Shown here piece by piece: positions 49,105-61,155 of a stretch of 64,000 bases of DNA. Position 1 is the first letter of the stretch. Each line of letters begins with the position of its first letter. A model generated the notes under the pieces. The model was not told where the DNA came from and ran no database searches. It saw only the letters and a list, made by a program, of their open reading frames with translations. The stretch is from Felis catus. Lineage: Eukaryota. The translations under genes and the position numbers were made by a program. The stretch is from contig NC_058383.1 in the NCBI RefSeq assembly GCF_018350175.1, positions 13,208,001 to 13,272,000 on the forward strand, read 5' to 3'.

Positions 49105-50869
49105 ATCTTTTTAAAGGTCATAGCATAGAGGAAGTTCCTTGTGAAATTTTGCCGTAGGGCTTGGAATTCTAATGTACGGCTCAATTCGACCTCCAAAACC
49201 ACATGAACTTCAGTTGGTGGTATCGTGAGTTGCTTCATCCTCTGTTTCTCTCTCTCTAGATAGTAGATATTACTTTTTCAGTGGGTTATGTCTTTATCCT
49301 CTAATATTTAACATGAAAATTATTCTATTCATATTTACAACCCCAGAATCAACAGTAGGTGCTTATTAATCGTTGAATGAATGAATGACCAACCAAATGA
49401 GCAAATGAACGTGTGACTGAGTAAACAGAGATGTGAAGTGTGTGTGTATGTTTGTGTGTAAAGAGCACCCTAACATATCTTAACAAATTTACTTTTGGAC
49501 ACTTACTGCATCCCCCCACCTTCATCAACATTTCTATCAAGCCCTCTTCCAGGCACTTTCTAGTGACATTTCACATTTCACTGTTCATTCCCACCCCCCC
49601 CACCATGGTAAAAAGGAGATTAAATGTGCCCTAAATGAGCACGAAAGGAAGGTCTAATTTATCTTTTGTCTTTCAAAACCCAAGGAAAAAAATGTTGCTG
49701 GGGCTGAAAACTTTGTCAGCCAGATCCTTTTCTGAATTGTATTTTGACTAAGAATTAAACTCCTAAGCTCAGCTGAGTGTCAGTGATGCTGCTGACAGAT
49801 CTTTGCATTCTGCAGGAATAGTTGATGCTATAATAAGAAAAAAATAAATCAGTATAGTTAAATTTGCCATCATTTTAAAGCATTTTTGTAAAATCATGGT
49901 TCAAAATCACATGTGCATTGTCTTGCAAATTTTTACTTCAAGAAGCGCATACCTATAAGGCAATTGAAATTTTGACTAGTTTCTCAGCAGTGATTGATCG
50001 TAAATTATGAAAGTTTCACTTACTAAGTTCCATTTTAAAAGATAATTTAAATGCATTTTCTGTTTTATTTTGGATATGAATGGTTCTTTTTTCTTACCTG
50101 GTTAAAAAAAGGGTCTTGATTTTCATTTTTCTCAAGGGAAGACACATATTCGTGGTTATCTTTGATGGAGGAAATAAGTGAAAAGTAGATGTCTCTTATC
50201 TGTGTGTAACCGTCATCTTTGCAACATATTTCTGAACTCTCATTTAAAAATCGTACGTTTCAGATCCTAACCCAAGGAATAATTTTAAGAATCTTAAATT
50301 AGGTCTCTTTTTTTTTCTTAAACCTTATGGGATTTAAACACTTTGAATCTCCCTCAAGAGCTGTTTACAAGTTTGTGCTGCCCTCTGGAGTCATGCCAGC
50401 GCTCACCTCAATGCAGAGTCAATCAGAGGCTTGTTAGCTTATGTGATGGTGTCATGCTTGATGCCCATCTTTCCCGTTTAGGCATTTAATGGTAATCATT
50501 TCTCATTTCTTCAAGGAAAACTTTTTCCTGGGGAAAAAGAGATGAATAGTTTGATTAACTTATGATACATTTCAATTTCTTCCTTTTAACCAAAAGAGAA
50601 TCATCATCAAAACAATTCCTCAAAAGGCTTGTGGCATTTAACTTCTCTTAATCAAATTAGCTCAGTGTACTGCCAGTCAGTAAAGTGTGGTCTGGAATGA
50701 GGATGGGAATTAAATTTCTAAGAATGCTGTATACATAATAACTAAAGAAACTCAATGAAAAATAACAAGGAGGTACCATTTTTCCACTCAAGAAATGAGC
50801 AAGATTTATAGAAATGAGACCAGTCACTGCTGGGAAAAATACAGTGAAACAGTTAGTTTTATACAAGCC

Positions 50870-51320
50870 TTTTTGTAATATCTCAGGATTCTTCAAACCT
50901 TTTGATCCATTAGTTCTTTGTCTAGGACATTATCCTGAGATAGTAACTGGATGTGAAGAAAAACTTTATACAATCCAAGTACCCTACATCATGCCAATGC
51001 ATAGTTCATTTATGTTATTTTTGTATTTTACAGTGTTATGCAGAGGTTAAATGATACTCTCAAAAATACTTACTACAAAGGAAAATTCTTATGTTAATTT
51101 TATTAAAAAGTATATATAAATATATATACAAACACACTACTATTTGAATTATGTATAAAAGGACAGCAAGAACGAGAATAAATAAAAAAAAAAAAAAACC
51201 CAGAAAGAAATGTACCGAGATAGTTATAGTGATTATCTTTAGATTGGCAAAACATAAGTAGGTTTATTTTCTTCAAACAATGTGTATTACTCTTTATAAT
51301 CATGAATGATTTTGTTTCCA
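50870..51320 (+). mobile_element. Very old L1 (L1ME-like) fragment
   Basis: accttttgatccattagttctttgtctaggacattatcctgaga resembles the L1 ORF2 end; AT-rich downstream. Confidence 0.4.
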
Positions 51321-51787
51321 AGGTTGTTGCAAAACTGCTGTGTGTTGCTTCTGATATATATTACAGTCATAGACGGACACCTTTCTGTATCTTCAGAATA
51401 AATTGACAATATTTGCTTAATAATGAATGCGGCTTAACAGAAGAAAGGCAATCATATCAACTAGGTGATTAATATAACCTCTTTAGCTTCCTATCGGTTC
51501 TTTGGCTGACATGCTCTCCTGCCAAAGCAGAGGTTCTTAACTAACCACAGAGAAATGCTCAAACATGTCAGAGTGACATCCGAGTGATCGCTTGTTTTGC
51601 CTTGGGCATCTGCACTTTTTGTAGACGCATTCTTTCTCTGTCTGAGGCCTTTCGATAAGTAGTGGTAATCCAGAAGGATTGATGTAGTCATCCTGGACTA
51701 GAGATTTCTTTTTACCACTAAGACATTTCACTGTCACTGCATTTTAATGCTTCCGTATATTTTTCTAAAGCATTGGGGAACTAGGTA

Positions 51788-51884
51788 AAGTCACTTTGAC
51801 CTTTTAACTATGTGGCCAATTGATCCCAAGGCCTCCAACTGGTTAGGCACAGATTGGCAAGAATCCTGACCTCTGTGGAGGTCA
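51788..51884. promoter_or_regulatory. Nuclear-receptor response element cluster (IR3 near-ERE + perfect ER6)
   Basis: AAGTCActtTGACCT at 51788-51802 and TGACCTctgtggAGGTCA at 51867-51884. Confidence 0.4.
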
Positions 51885-53107
51885 GAAAGGATAGAGGTAT
51901 GCCTCATTAAGGGGGTTCAGGGAGTCCTGCACACAGCAAAACTCTACTCTCTCTGACTCCACTTGGACAGAGCTAGACCTCTGCCCTCTGTGGTGGGTGT
52001 GAGCCAGAGAACCCTTACTGTAGAGTCACTGTCCATGAAGATTACTGAGGCCCGTGATGTGCCGTACAAGGTTCTAGACCCTCTCACAGATGCATCCACA
52101 CATTCATTTATTGATCATTTCATCTTGTAGGACCATGACTTTACTATTAATTTCTATCTATCTAATGTAAGATCAATTAGGTCAGACTCTTCCTTTGTAA
52201 TTAATCGTAATTGTCCATGCTTTAATGCTACCAATAAATGTCTGTCCTAATAATTCTGTCCTGTATTAGGCTTCTTCATTCCAGGCTATTTTGTGAAATC
52301 TATCATGTGACATTACCTATTGTATATTACCTACTTCCTGTGTAATAAATCCATTATTCCTATCAGTGGGAGACAATAATCTTGAATCAAAATCACAACT
52401 TTTTTTTCTTCTTTGAGAGAGAGTCTTCTGTCAACTGCTATCAGAGGCCATGCTTAATCTGTTTAGTTTTTTGTTTTAGCTGAGAAGCCTTATTATTGAC
52501 TTATTTTCCCTTTTTTCCAAATTATGTGAATGTCAGGGTATAAAATATTAAACATACTGGTTCAGTACTAGCTTTTCAAGCATCATTGGGGACCATCCTG
52601 GTATAATGGGAAAGCACTTGGTATGGCTTTTGGAATATAGATAATTTTTATAATTATTATAGGGAGTAAAAAATACAGAATAAAGAATAACTTAAATACA
52701 TTTAGAAATTAAGTGAGAGCAGGTCAGTATAACCAAGAATATGAGTCATAATCTTCTCCATTTTCTATTGCTTTACTCCATACAGGGTAAATGCCCAACC
52801 TCTTACTTTTAATCCTGGAAGCTTTGGTTTTTGGCAGTAATTTTAATAAGATTTTGTGTCATCTAATGTTCTGTGTCTCTCTATAGCCATGTGTGCCTAA
52901 AGGAGAGAGAATGAGCGTGAGGACGTGTAGGGTCCCTGGACAGTCCGCCGGGTAGCACACTTGGATTCTGGGTGACTACCAAGGATGTATGTGTTTGTTT
53001 AAATCTGAACAGAAACTATTTGAATGGAACAGGAATTCACTAGGTACAGCAAAAAGCCTTAACACGTGAGAATATGAATTTAAAAACAGTTTTTATAAAT
53101 GTGGATT

Positions 53108-53341
53108 GTTTAAAAGTTTTTTTAACATTTATTTATTATAAAATAAAATAAGACAGAGACAGAGAGAGACAGAGCATGGGCAGGGGAGAGGCAGAGAGAG
53201 GAGGAGACACAGAATCCGAAGCAGGCTCCCGGCTCCAAGCTGTCAGCACAGAGCCCGACGCGGGGCTTGAACTCACAAACCGTGAGATCATGACCTGAGC
53301 TGAAGTCGGGCGCCCAACCGACTGAGCCACCCACGCACCCC
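53108..53341 (-). mobile_element. Feline Can-SINE
   Basis: Ends gagccacccacgcacccc; TSD-like ataaatgtggatt/aaaaacgtggatt. Confidence 0.95.
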
Positions 53342-55348
53342 AAAAACGTGGATTTCCTCCTTTCTTCTGGATGTAATAGTCTATGATGAATTCACTGTTT
53401 TGGTTAAATGGTCAGTCGACTCGAGCTTTCTGTCATCTGCTCAGAAACCACTGGCTGAGGAATCTAAATCCATTTGGGAATCTTGACCAGAAGCTCTACC
53501 GGGGTCTTCATACAAATTTGTGCATCGCTTCATGGCTGTTTTGTGGCTCCTTCTCTGTAGGGCTGGAGAGAGGGAACCAGCCTTCTATATGCTTTGGCCA
53601 ACCAGGAGGAAGGAAATACTGGTTTCTGGTCTGCGGTCTCAGAAGACCGCGTGCCCTCATGTCTTCCCTCAAACACACCTTTGTTGTGGGCCCTTCCTCA
53701 TTTCAGAACAAAGATAGTTATTGATTGCATACAATGCTGAATGCTCCCTACAATATGAGGAACTCCAGCCTTCTCTCCTTCCTACCCCTCACTGCCAGAG
53801 GTGTCCCAGAGAAAGTGCCTATCATCAACACCGTAGTGGGGGAAAAATGGGTTCTCATTTCAGCAGGTGACTCAGTGGTGGTTGGCTGTCAGCATGCTTT
53901 TTTTCATATTGGCTTGTTGCTACAGGGTCTGATGCTGGCAGATTACAACTCTGTAGCTAGTCATTTTCGATTTATTTGAACCTATTTCTCCAGTCTACTG
54001 AGCTTTCACTGGCTAGCATCAATTCAGACACATTGCAATTCCTCAGAATCTCTATCCCCATCAGATGGTTCGATCTATGAGAAATTTAGCTAGAGGCGTT
54101 TAGACAAAAAAGAAATATTGTGGCTGGGGAAGCATTTAAGTTAGAGGAGGCAGCCAGGGCTGTTTTATTACTTAGGCCTGTGTCACCTGTGATGACCCAT
54201 GAGAGTGGAGAATATTGATCGCTTGTCACTCAAGGCATTCAGCAGATTGCATTGACAAAGCTTGGCAGGTCTCTAATAGCAGGGTTACTGGCCTTGGCTG
54301 CGACCCAAGGGAAAACTCTGCAGGCCCTATTACTTGGCGGCCTTTAACTCTTATAGAATTGGGAGAGAGCACTGACAAAAGCGAGGACATGATTTTACGG
54401 TTACAAATGGGTTTTTTTGCTCGCTTTCTTCTCCCCCTTTTTAATTTCACTTCTCTTCTATTCCTTTCTCTCTTACCTTTTCTCCCTGATCCCTGCCAGC
54501 CCCTCCTTTCTTATTACAGATCATCATAGCAGTATTGTTTCTCTGGAATAAAAATCAGACTAAAGAATGCTTAGCAGGCCTAGTGTGAGGCCTGAGTTGT
54601 TCTTTCCTCTTAGTAAAGTTTGTACCCTGACCACATTGTTTCAGGTGGTAGAAGATAGAAGGTACCTGTATGTCTGTGTGAACTTGATGATGTTGAGGCC
54701 ATGCACAGCTGTTGTCTTAAGAACTGCCACTTCATGACAGGGGTGATCTTCCCCTTCTCCATTCACTGATAGCCAGGCTTGGCTCACACCTTCATAGTCC
54801 AGAGGTCCAGCTGCAAGTCATGTTCTGAGATCAGAGAGGCTATGGCAGTAATTTCAAATTGAGAATGATTTTATTAATCATTTTATTAATCATCCCCCCC
54901 CATTGGAATGATTTTTTTAAAAGAACCTTAGAAAGAATTCTATCTTTCATAGATAGACACTACCTATTTCATCCAAGAATTCAAATCATGTGACGTTTTT
55001 ACTCCCATCACAGTCTGACCTCCAGTAGGATGCTGTTCTGTAATGGGTGTTTCTGTGTTGCCACCGTTTGCTTTAGGAAGCATGGTGTGGATTTTTTGTG
55101 TACCTTTCTCTAAAACAATCTTGTTTGTCATCTCTCTTATCCCCCCGAAAGAGGGAAAGACAAATATCATCATCCCCATTTCAAAGAAGAATAGGTTGAT
55201 ATATAACTGTTCCCCTAATCACAATCGATTTTAGTGCTATAGTTTTAATTCAGTATTGTCATTTAAATTTTTTGCCCCCTAGTGAATCTGATGTAAGCAG
55301 ACAAAGATCATGTATCTATTCTATACGAACCTCTGGGTTTTGTGAGAT

Positions 55349-55374
55349 TTGTTGTTGTTGTTGTTGTTGTTGTT
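55349..55374. repeat. (GTT)n trinucleotide repeat
   Basis: About 8 units visible. Confidence 0.9.
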
Positions 55375-56779
55375 CCCGCATTTCTGTTTCATAATCTCTT
55401 CCAGGTTATCCCCTCACTTCGTCTACCTTTGCAATGCTTTGGGTTGGCCAGGATTCTTCCTCTTTTGGATTGGTGGCAAAGAAGTTTCTTCTCTTTGCTT
55501 AGGTCCCTTCTTCTAAGGATTGGTAGTTCATGTCTAGAATTAACTGTGTGACTCTTGTTTTGTAGGTTCTCAGAAAGGACAGGCAAGCCTTGAATATTGA
55601 AGATTCCATTGGCTTTGCATTTATGTTCAGCATTGGGCCACAGATGAGTTGTACATTACTGGGAAAGTTAATCTCTTATCCTCAGTTTCTTCATCTGTCA
55701 TTAGACCCTTTCTTGGCTCAATAATCTTGATATTATAGATAATATAGATAAGGATACTTGTCAAAAATATATGAAGCAGTATGGTGTGTGAATTATATCT
55801 TCATCTAAAAAGGAATTAACTTAGTAGTTCTAGCATAGAAACTTCCTCCTTTTCTTTTTTCTCCCTTATGCACCTATAGGCCGAAGAAGGCAGAATGAGA
55901 GCTAATGTGGAGGCCAGTAGTTGGAGAATAGGGAGCATTCCTGGAGACAGAAGTGTGAAAGTATTGCAAGCGACTGTGGGCCTATTAATATTCTATAGCA
56001 CTTTGAGCCACTTTGAATTAAAATACTTATCTGTGAAAGGTTTTATAATTCATATGACCTGAAATAATTTACACCTAATTAGATTTTGTCAACTGAATAA
56101 TTCCGTCTCATGTTGCTTCCACAGAATAATTTAAGCAACTGCATTTTATTCTCAAAATAGCTGTAAATGTCAAATTAATTTTGTTGACATGAACAACATG
56201 TAGAAGAGCTACTTGGCAGAATTGTTTGTCAACTGAATATATTATGCATCCCTACAAAATATGTAGAATGGCTATGGTTTGCTGACTTGTGCAGTTTCTT
56301 GCTTTCCTGGAAAGAGGTCACTGGCAGTGGTTACAAAAACTGTTATGGCATTTCTGCCCATCTGGTTAGAAACTCTTTGATAATCTGGAATTTTCCTCTT
56401 CTCTTTCATTATACATTCAGTATCTGCCCCTTTGGGAGTTACCATTTTATCTGGGTGAGACTGGATCTCATGTAATGGCCTCGGTGTTTGTAATATTCGT
56501 CATTAATGCCACGGGCCCTTCGTTGACACTGCTGTGTATACATTACTGTTCAGTCTCACCTCACCTCTATTTATTTTGGACCGTTCCTTTCACTTGGAGA
56601 GCCTCTCTGTCTGCTTTGAAAACCTTGCCCAAGATCAGTGTCCTTGTGGTTTCTTTCTAGCCTACTCTAGTTATTACATTTACTCCCAAATCCTTTCTCT
56701 ACTCCATCATCCCCCAGCTCTGGTCCAGCCTTCCAGCTGCTAATACTGAAGTCCTGTCATTCAAAGGCTTAGCTTAATC

Positions 56780-56959
56780 CAGTGCTTTCCAACTCTTGTT
56801 TTATCGTGGCACAAGTAGAAAGTGATGCCATTTGTGTAGTCCCCTGAGGTCACTAGACAAGACTCCTTGCTCTTTGTAGGCAGCTGGCCTAGAGGCCGTG
56901 ATCAGTGCTACATCACAGGGGATAAGTATCTCGACATGCACACTGTATTGGAAATTCTG
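56780..56959. mobile_element. MER112-like hAT-Charlie MITE
   Basis: TIR-like cagtgctttccaac...ttggaaattctg; 8-bp TSD GCTTAATC/GCTTAACC. Confidence 0.75.
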
Positions 56960-57729
56960 GCTTAACCAGTCTCAAAGTTAGAACCATCCTGACAGGTATT
57001 AGAAATTCACGCACTTGGGGAAAAAAAAAGAAGAAGAAGAAAAGGAAAGAAATACATTCATTTGGTGGAATCTGGGATTTATCTCATCTTTTGAATTCAG
57101 CATCCTGTGTACTTAAAGACATCTTTGAGCTTTCCTCCAGATCATTCCTGTTTGTATCTGGTCATCAGGAAGTTCAGATTTCTTCCTTGCATACCTTGGC
57201 ATGCTGGAACCTTACCTTTGCCAGTGTGTCTCCCAAGGGAATTGACCTGTATTTTACCTTCAGTTTCTGCTTAAGAGCTGGCTTCATCTAGAACAAATCC
57301 CCCTTTCTTGGTCATCAAAGAATTGCTTTCCTATTAGCAATAAGTATGAACACAGTTCAGAGATTACTGTTGCTTGTAGTTATGCCCCCTACAATATTAT
57401 TGGAACCTTAAGAGAGTGAATCAGTGTCTTCTTGAGTTTGGCTCATTCGAGATTTAGATTTTGCATTTTGGCTTCCTTGGGAGGGATGTCGCACTGTGGA
57501 TCTGGCCTTTCTAGCCCTAATTATGTTTCCTTTCTGCTTTTTCCAATTTTTCTGTCGTCCTACTATTGATGCCCCAGCATGCCTTGTTAGGCCAAAAGGT
57601 TCCCGTTATTGGGGATTCTCTATTTTCTGTGAAAACATGAAGTACAGATATAAATGACACAGTATTTTACATAGAATTCATTACCAGTAGACAGTATGTG
57701 TTTAGTCTTCTCAGTGTACAAATAAAGAA

Positions 57730-59030
57730 TAGACCTGAATAGTTCTGGCTTTTGTAAGGGAGAAGAAGGTGAATTTAGAAACCTTAGGCCATTAAGCTTG
57801 AAATCAACCCAGAACCTACAAGGTATTACTAATGAATATTTCCTGAGGGCTTAGTAAAAGGAGTAGTCATCACTGGGAACCAGTGTGGGTTCACTTAAAA
57901 CACTATGCCAGACTATGTTGTCCTTCAGAACAGGAATTGGCAGACTTTTTTCTATAAAGGGCTATAAAGTAAAATATTTTAGACCTTGCGGGCCATACAG
58001 TCTCTATAGCTACTATTCAGTTATGCCACTGTAGCATGAAAGCAGCTGCAGACAGTAGATACATGGATGGACATGGCTGTATTCCAATAAAACAAAAAAC
58101 AAGCAGCGGACTGACTTGGCCTGTGGACCATAGTTTGGTGATGCCTGCTTTAGAATAATGTCTTAGATAATGTGTACCTGGCTGTCTTTGAGTAATTTTA
58201 CAAAGTCTTTCACAGAGTCTTTGTAGAGAACATGGAATCTAAAGTTAATAATAGTGCATTTAGGCAAAATTATAGCAGGGTGAATAATTATGCAAACATG
58301 AAACATGGTCTGTGGTTACTTGCCACAAGGCTGTGCATGTGATTCATTTTGGTCAGCATTTTTATTCATGATAAGACTGAGGTCAGGATTGGCTTGATGA
58401 TCGAATAGGTGGGCAGCCTGATGCAGAGACAGATCACTTATACTGGGTGATAGGAGCAGGATCCCAAAAGGTCTTAGGGTCTTAGGTTGGAACAGTAGTT
58501 CAGATCTAGCAGATGAAATATTGAAAATAGATAGATGTAAAATCCTGTGTCTAGAGCTAAAAATACCTCTCAACAGTACACATACAGATTGTGAAAACAT
58601 TATCTAATAGCAGCCTGTTTGAACAAAGCTAGGAGAGTATTCAAATTAGAGAGCATAGAGGAAAGGTTGTCCAGGTGGTTGAAGGGACTCAGAATCATGT
58701 CCTATTAGAAATGGTTGAAAGAACCAGAGCTGTTTAGCTTGGAGGGATATATAACAACTGTCTTCAATTATTTAAAGGACTGTCATGTAGAAGAGGGATT
58801 GGACTTATTCTAGGGGGTCCCAGTGGACCCAAGTAAGAGCAGTGGGTAGAAGAATGCAGGTAGATCCATTATAGATGGAAGAATAAGAGGGATGTGCTTT
58901 ATTGGAGGGCTTAGGTCACTGGGGATATTATGGACACCTGTTGGTGACCATGTAGGGATGTTGTGAGGGAATATTAATTTTGACTTTGGATCGGATGGGA
59001 TGTTTTTTATGGACACTTCAGATTCTGAGA
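57730..59030 (+). mobile_element. L3/CR1 LINE 3' portion with degraded RT region, split by MER58A
   Basis: aaccagtgtgggttcact...tgccagact; atgtaaaatcctg; atggttgaaagaaccagagctgtttagcttggag; ctgtcttcaattatttaaaggactgtcatgtagaagagggattggacttattct are L3 hallmarks. Confidence 0.8.
57931..58147. mobile_element. MER58A hAT-Charlie MITE
   Basis: caggaattggcagacttttttctataaaggg...ggccatacagtctct...ggctgtattccaataaaac...catagtttggtgatgcctg; 8-bp TSD CTTCAGAA/CTTTAGAA. Confidence 0.88.
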
Positions 59031-59456
59031 GTTCATAAAACAGACCTAGGGAGAATGTGTTTTGCTCTGTGTCCCAATAGTTGGCAAAGCCCATACCTAG
59101 ATGTTTTGAGTCCCCTGCCTTTTTGTGTGAGATTGAAATGCTGAATGAACACATTTCATATGTGTATGTGTACCTGCCATTTCATGTGACTGGTCAAAGA
59201 CCCTGTCACAGTCACCTATATCATCTCACAAAGCCTAACACATAGCAAGTAGTAGGAGCAAAGTAACTACTTTTTGCGCTAAGGTGAATCGGTGCCATCT
59301 GAGACCTAGATCTCCAAATGTCTTTTATTTTTAACTGATCCTGGTTGCATAATGAATGCCCCTGAAAGATTATCAGAAATCATACCTGTGGATTAGTAAT
59401 AGGTTGGTGATACAGACTGAACAGCCATGTGCCTTTGTTCCCCCTCACCCCTCCCC

Positions 59457-59467
59457 GTGCACGCGCG

Positions 59468-59511
<44 letters not shown>
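59457..59511. repeat. (CACGCGCGCA)2(CA)n alternating purine-pyrimidine repeat
   Basis: Directly visible. Confidence 0.97.
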
Positions 59512-59514
<3 letters not shown>

Positions 59515-60681
59515 CCAGTACTTTACCAGGAATGGAAGCAATCAGGCCGCACTATCTGATCAGGATTGTTTTACCTCCTGTGTATGGCTGTGCTTTGCCC
59601 TCTTCCTGCTTTACTGCTTCCTGGGTAGGCCTCCCTGCTAAATTATACTCCAGACCCATGGATGTCTGGAATATATTTTCCAGTCTTTTGAATACTATAT
59701 TCCTAAAGTAGTCATTTGCTGTCATTATAATTCTGGAAGATTTAATGCTGAGATTGATAATGGATCTGCCAAGGTCTCAGTCTTTGATGTTTTGTACTTG
59801 GGCAAGTGGTCAGGGATCACGGCCCATTTATCACTGCATTCCCCATGGCCTGTACTCAGGGCCAAGCATATGGTAGCTAGTCGGTGAATGTTCAGTTGTT
59901 TGCCTTAGTAGAACTCAGATTAGTCTTACTGTTATTTCAGTCTGATGAAGTAAAGTTTGTTCCTCCAGGCAGTGTTTTCTTCCTCTTTGTGCCTACCATG
60001 CTCTGCCTACCATATACCTTCTTTTTCAGTGCCCCTTTCTGGCTGTGTGAACAATACCTTTTAATAGGGTGGAAGAAGGGCGGAGATAACAGTGGTTGAG
60101 TCTCTCTCACTATCAGCTTACCTCAACTTGTCCAGGAAGGGAGGGAGGTAGGAAGCGAAGACAGGGGAGAGGAGAGCAGGGGAGAAAGAAAGGAAATGAC
60201 AGAGTGGAGTAGACAAGGAGAGACACGTCCTGTTTCTTACTGAGAAGACTTCAGTATTGAAGGATTTTGACATTGTTACTGCTATACAACTTACATGCTC
60301 CTTTGTATAGCTCTGGTCTTTTCCCATGTTTTCATTGCATTTTGTGCAGTGGGTGGGTAGGGGCTATCAGAGCCTTGAGACATATCTTTATTAGATAATA
60401 AAATAACTGTTAACATCAGGACTGTTTGTTTTCATTCTCCTGAACTCGTTGCTCATTTGGTAGAAAACATGGAATAGTAGTGCCAGGGGTAGGTAGCTTT
60501 ACCAGTGCTTCTACAGATTCATAACCAGCCATCAAGGAAGACGGCCTGGTTGTAAATGAACTTGTGGCATTCATACCCTTACCGTACTCCTTTACTACTA
60601 ATGGGGAGAACCCAAATACCATTCCTCATAGGGAATAGGGAAGCAGGAGGCTCTCTTTCGTAACAAAAGGATTATTATACT

Positions 60682-61096
60682 TTGGTGTGCTGGGAGTGGC
60701 TTGTTAGCAACTCAAAAGAACCAACTGTTAAATTTTCAGGAATTTTGTGATCTAGTTGTCAAACACAGCTTTAAAAAAATTAAGCTATATAAACCTATTT
60801 TTGCTTTTAATATAATTATCAATCAAGTTTAATATGAGAATTATACTCATTCTTCAAATGCAAACTTGGATTGGCTACAGATGTAAGAGTTACACATATT
60901 TCAACAGAAGCATTCTGTACAAATCAGTTGGCTGGTTGGTTGGAATTTATAATAAAGAGGATTATATACTTTGTTATTATTTGTAAATTATTTGCTTTAT
61001 ATCCTTTATATCAGTAATAAACGTGTGTATGTATTCACGCATACATCTTTCCCAAGGACCCAGCAATTAAGTATTATCATTTTACACATGCCATTG
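60682..61096. mobile_element. MER63-like hAT-Blackjack element
   Basis: tggtgtgctgggag...actgttaaattttcaggaattttgtga...gttgtcaaacacagc matches the recalled MER63 5' end; ends cacatgccattg. Confidence 0.7.
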
Positions 61097-61112
61097 TTTG
61101 AAATCCAAATCA

Positions 61113-61155
61113 GGAGTGCCTGACTACTTCAGTTGGTAGAGCGTCAGACTCTTAA
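61113..61155 (+). pseudogene. Head-only tRNA-Lys/Can-SINE retrocopy truncated at the anticodon loop
   Basis: ggagtgcctgactacttcagttggtagagcgtcagactcttaa; flanks aaatccaaat/aaagccaaat resemble a TSD. Confidence 0.6.

Noticed and set aside
1304..53343. Recurrent ORFs with motifs such as GAWVAQSVKRPTSAQVMISR / EREGDTESE
   Set aside because: These are translations of Can-SINE copies, not a gene family
55845..55980. Strong acceptor followed by open frame AEEGRMRANVE...
   Set aside because: No good donor nearby, and the sequence resembles a degraded CR1/L3-type fragment
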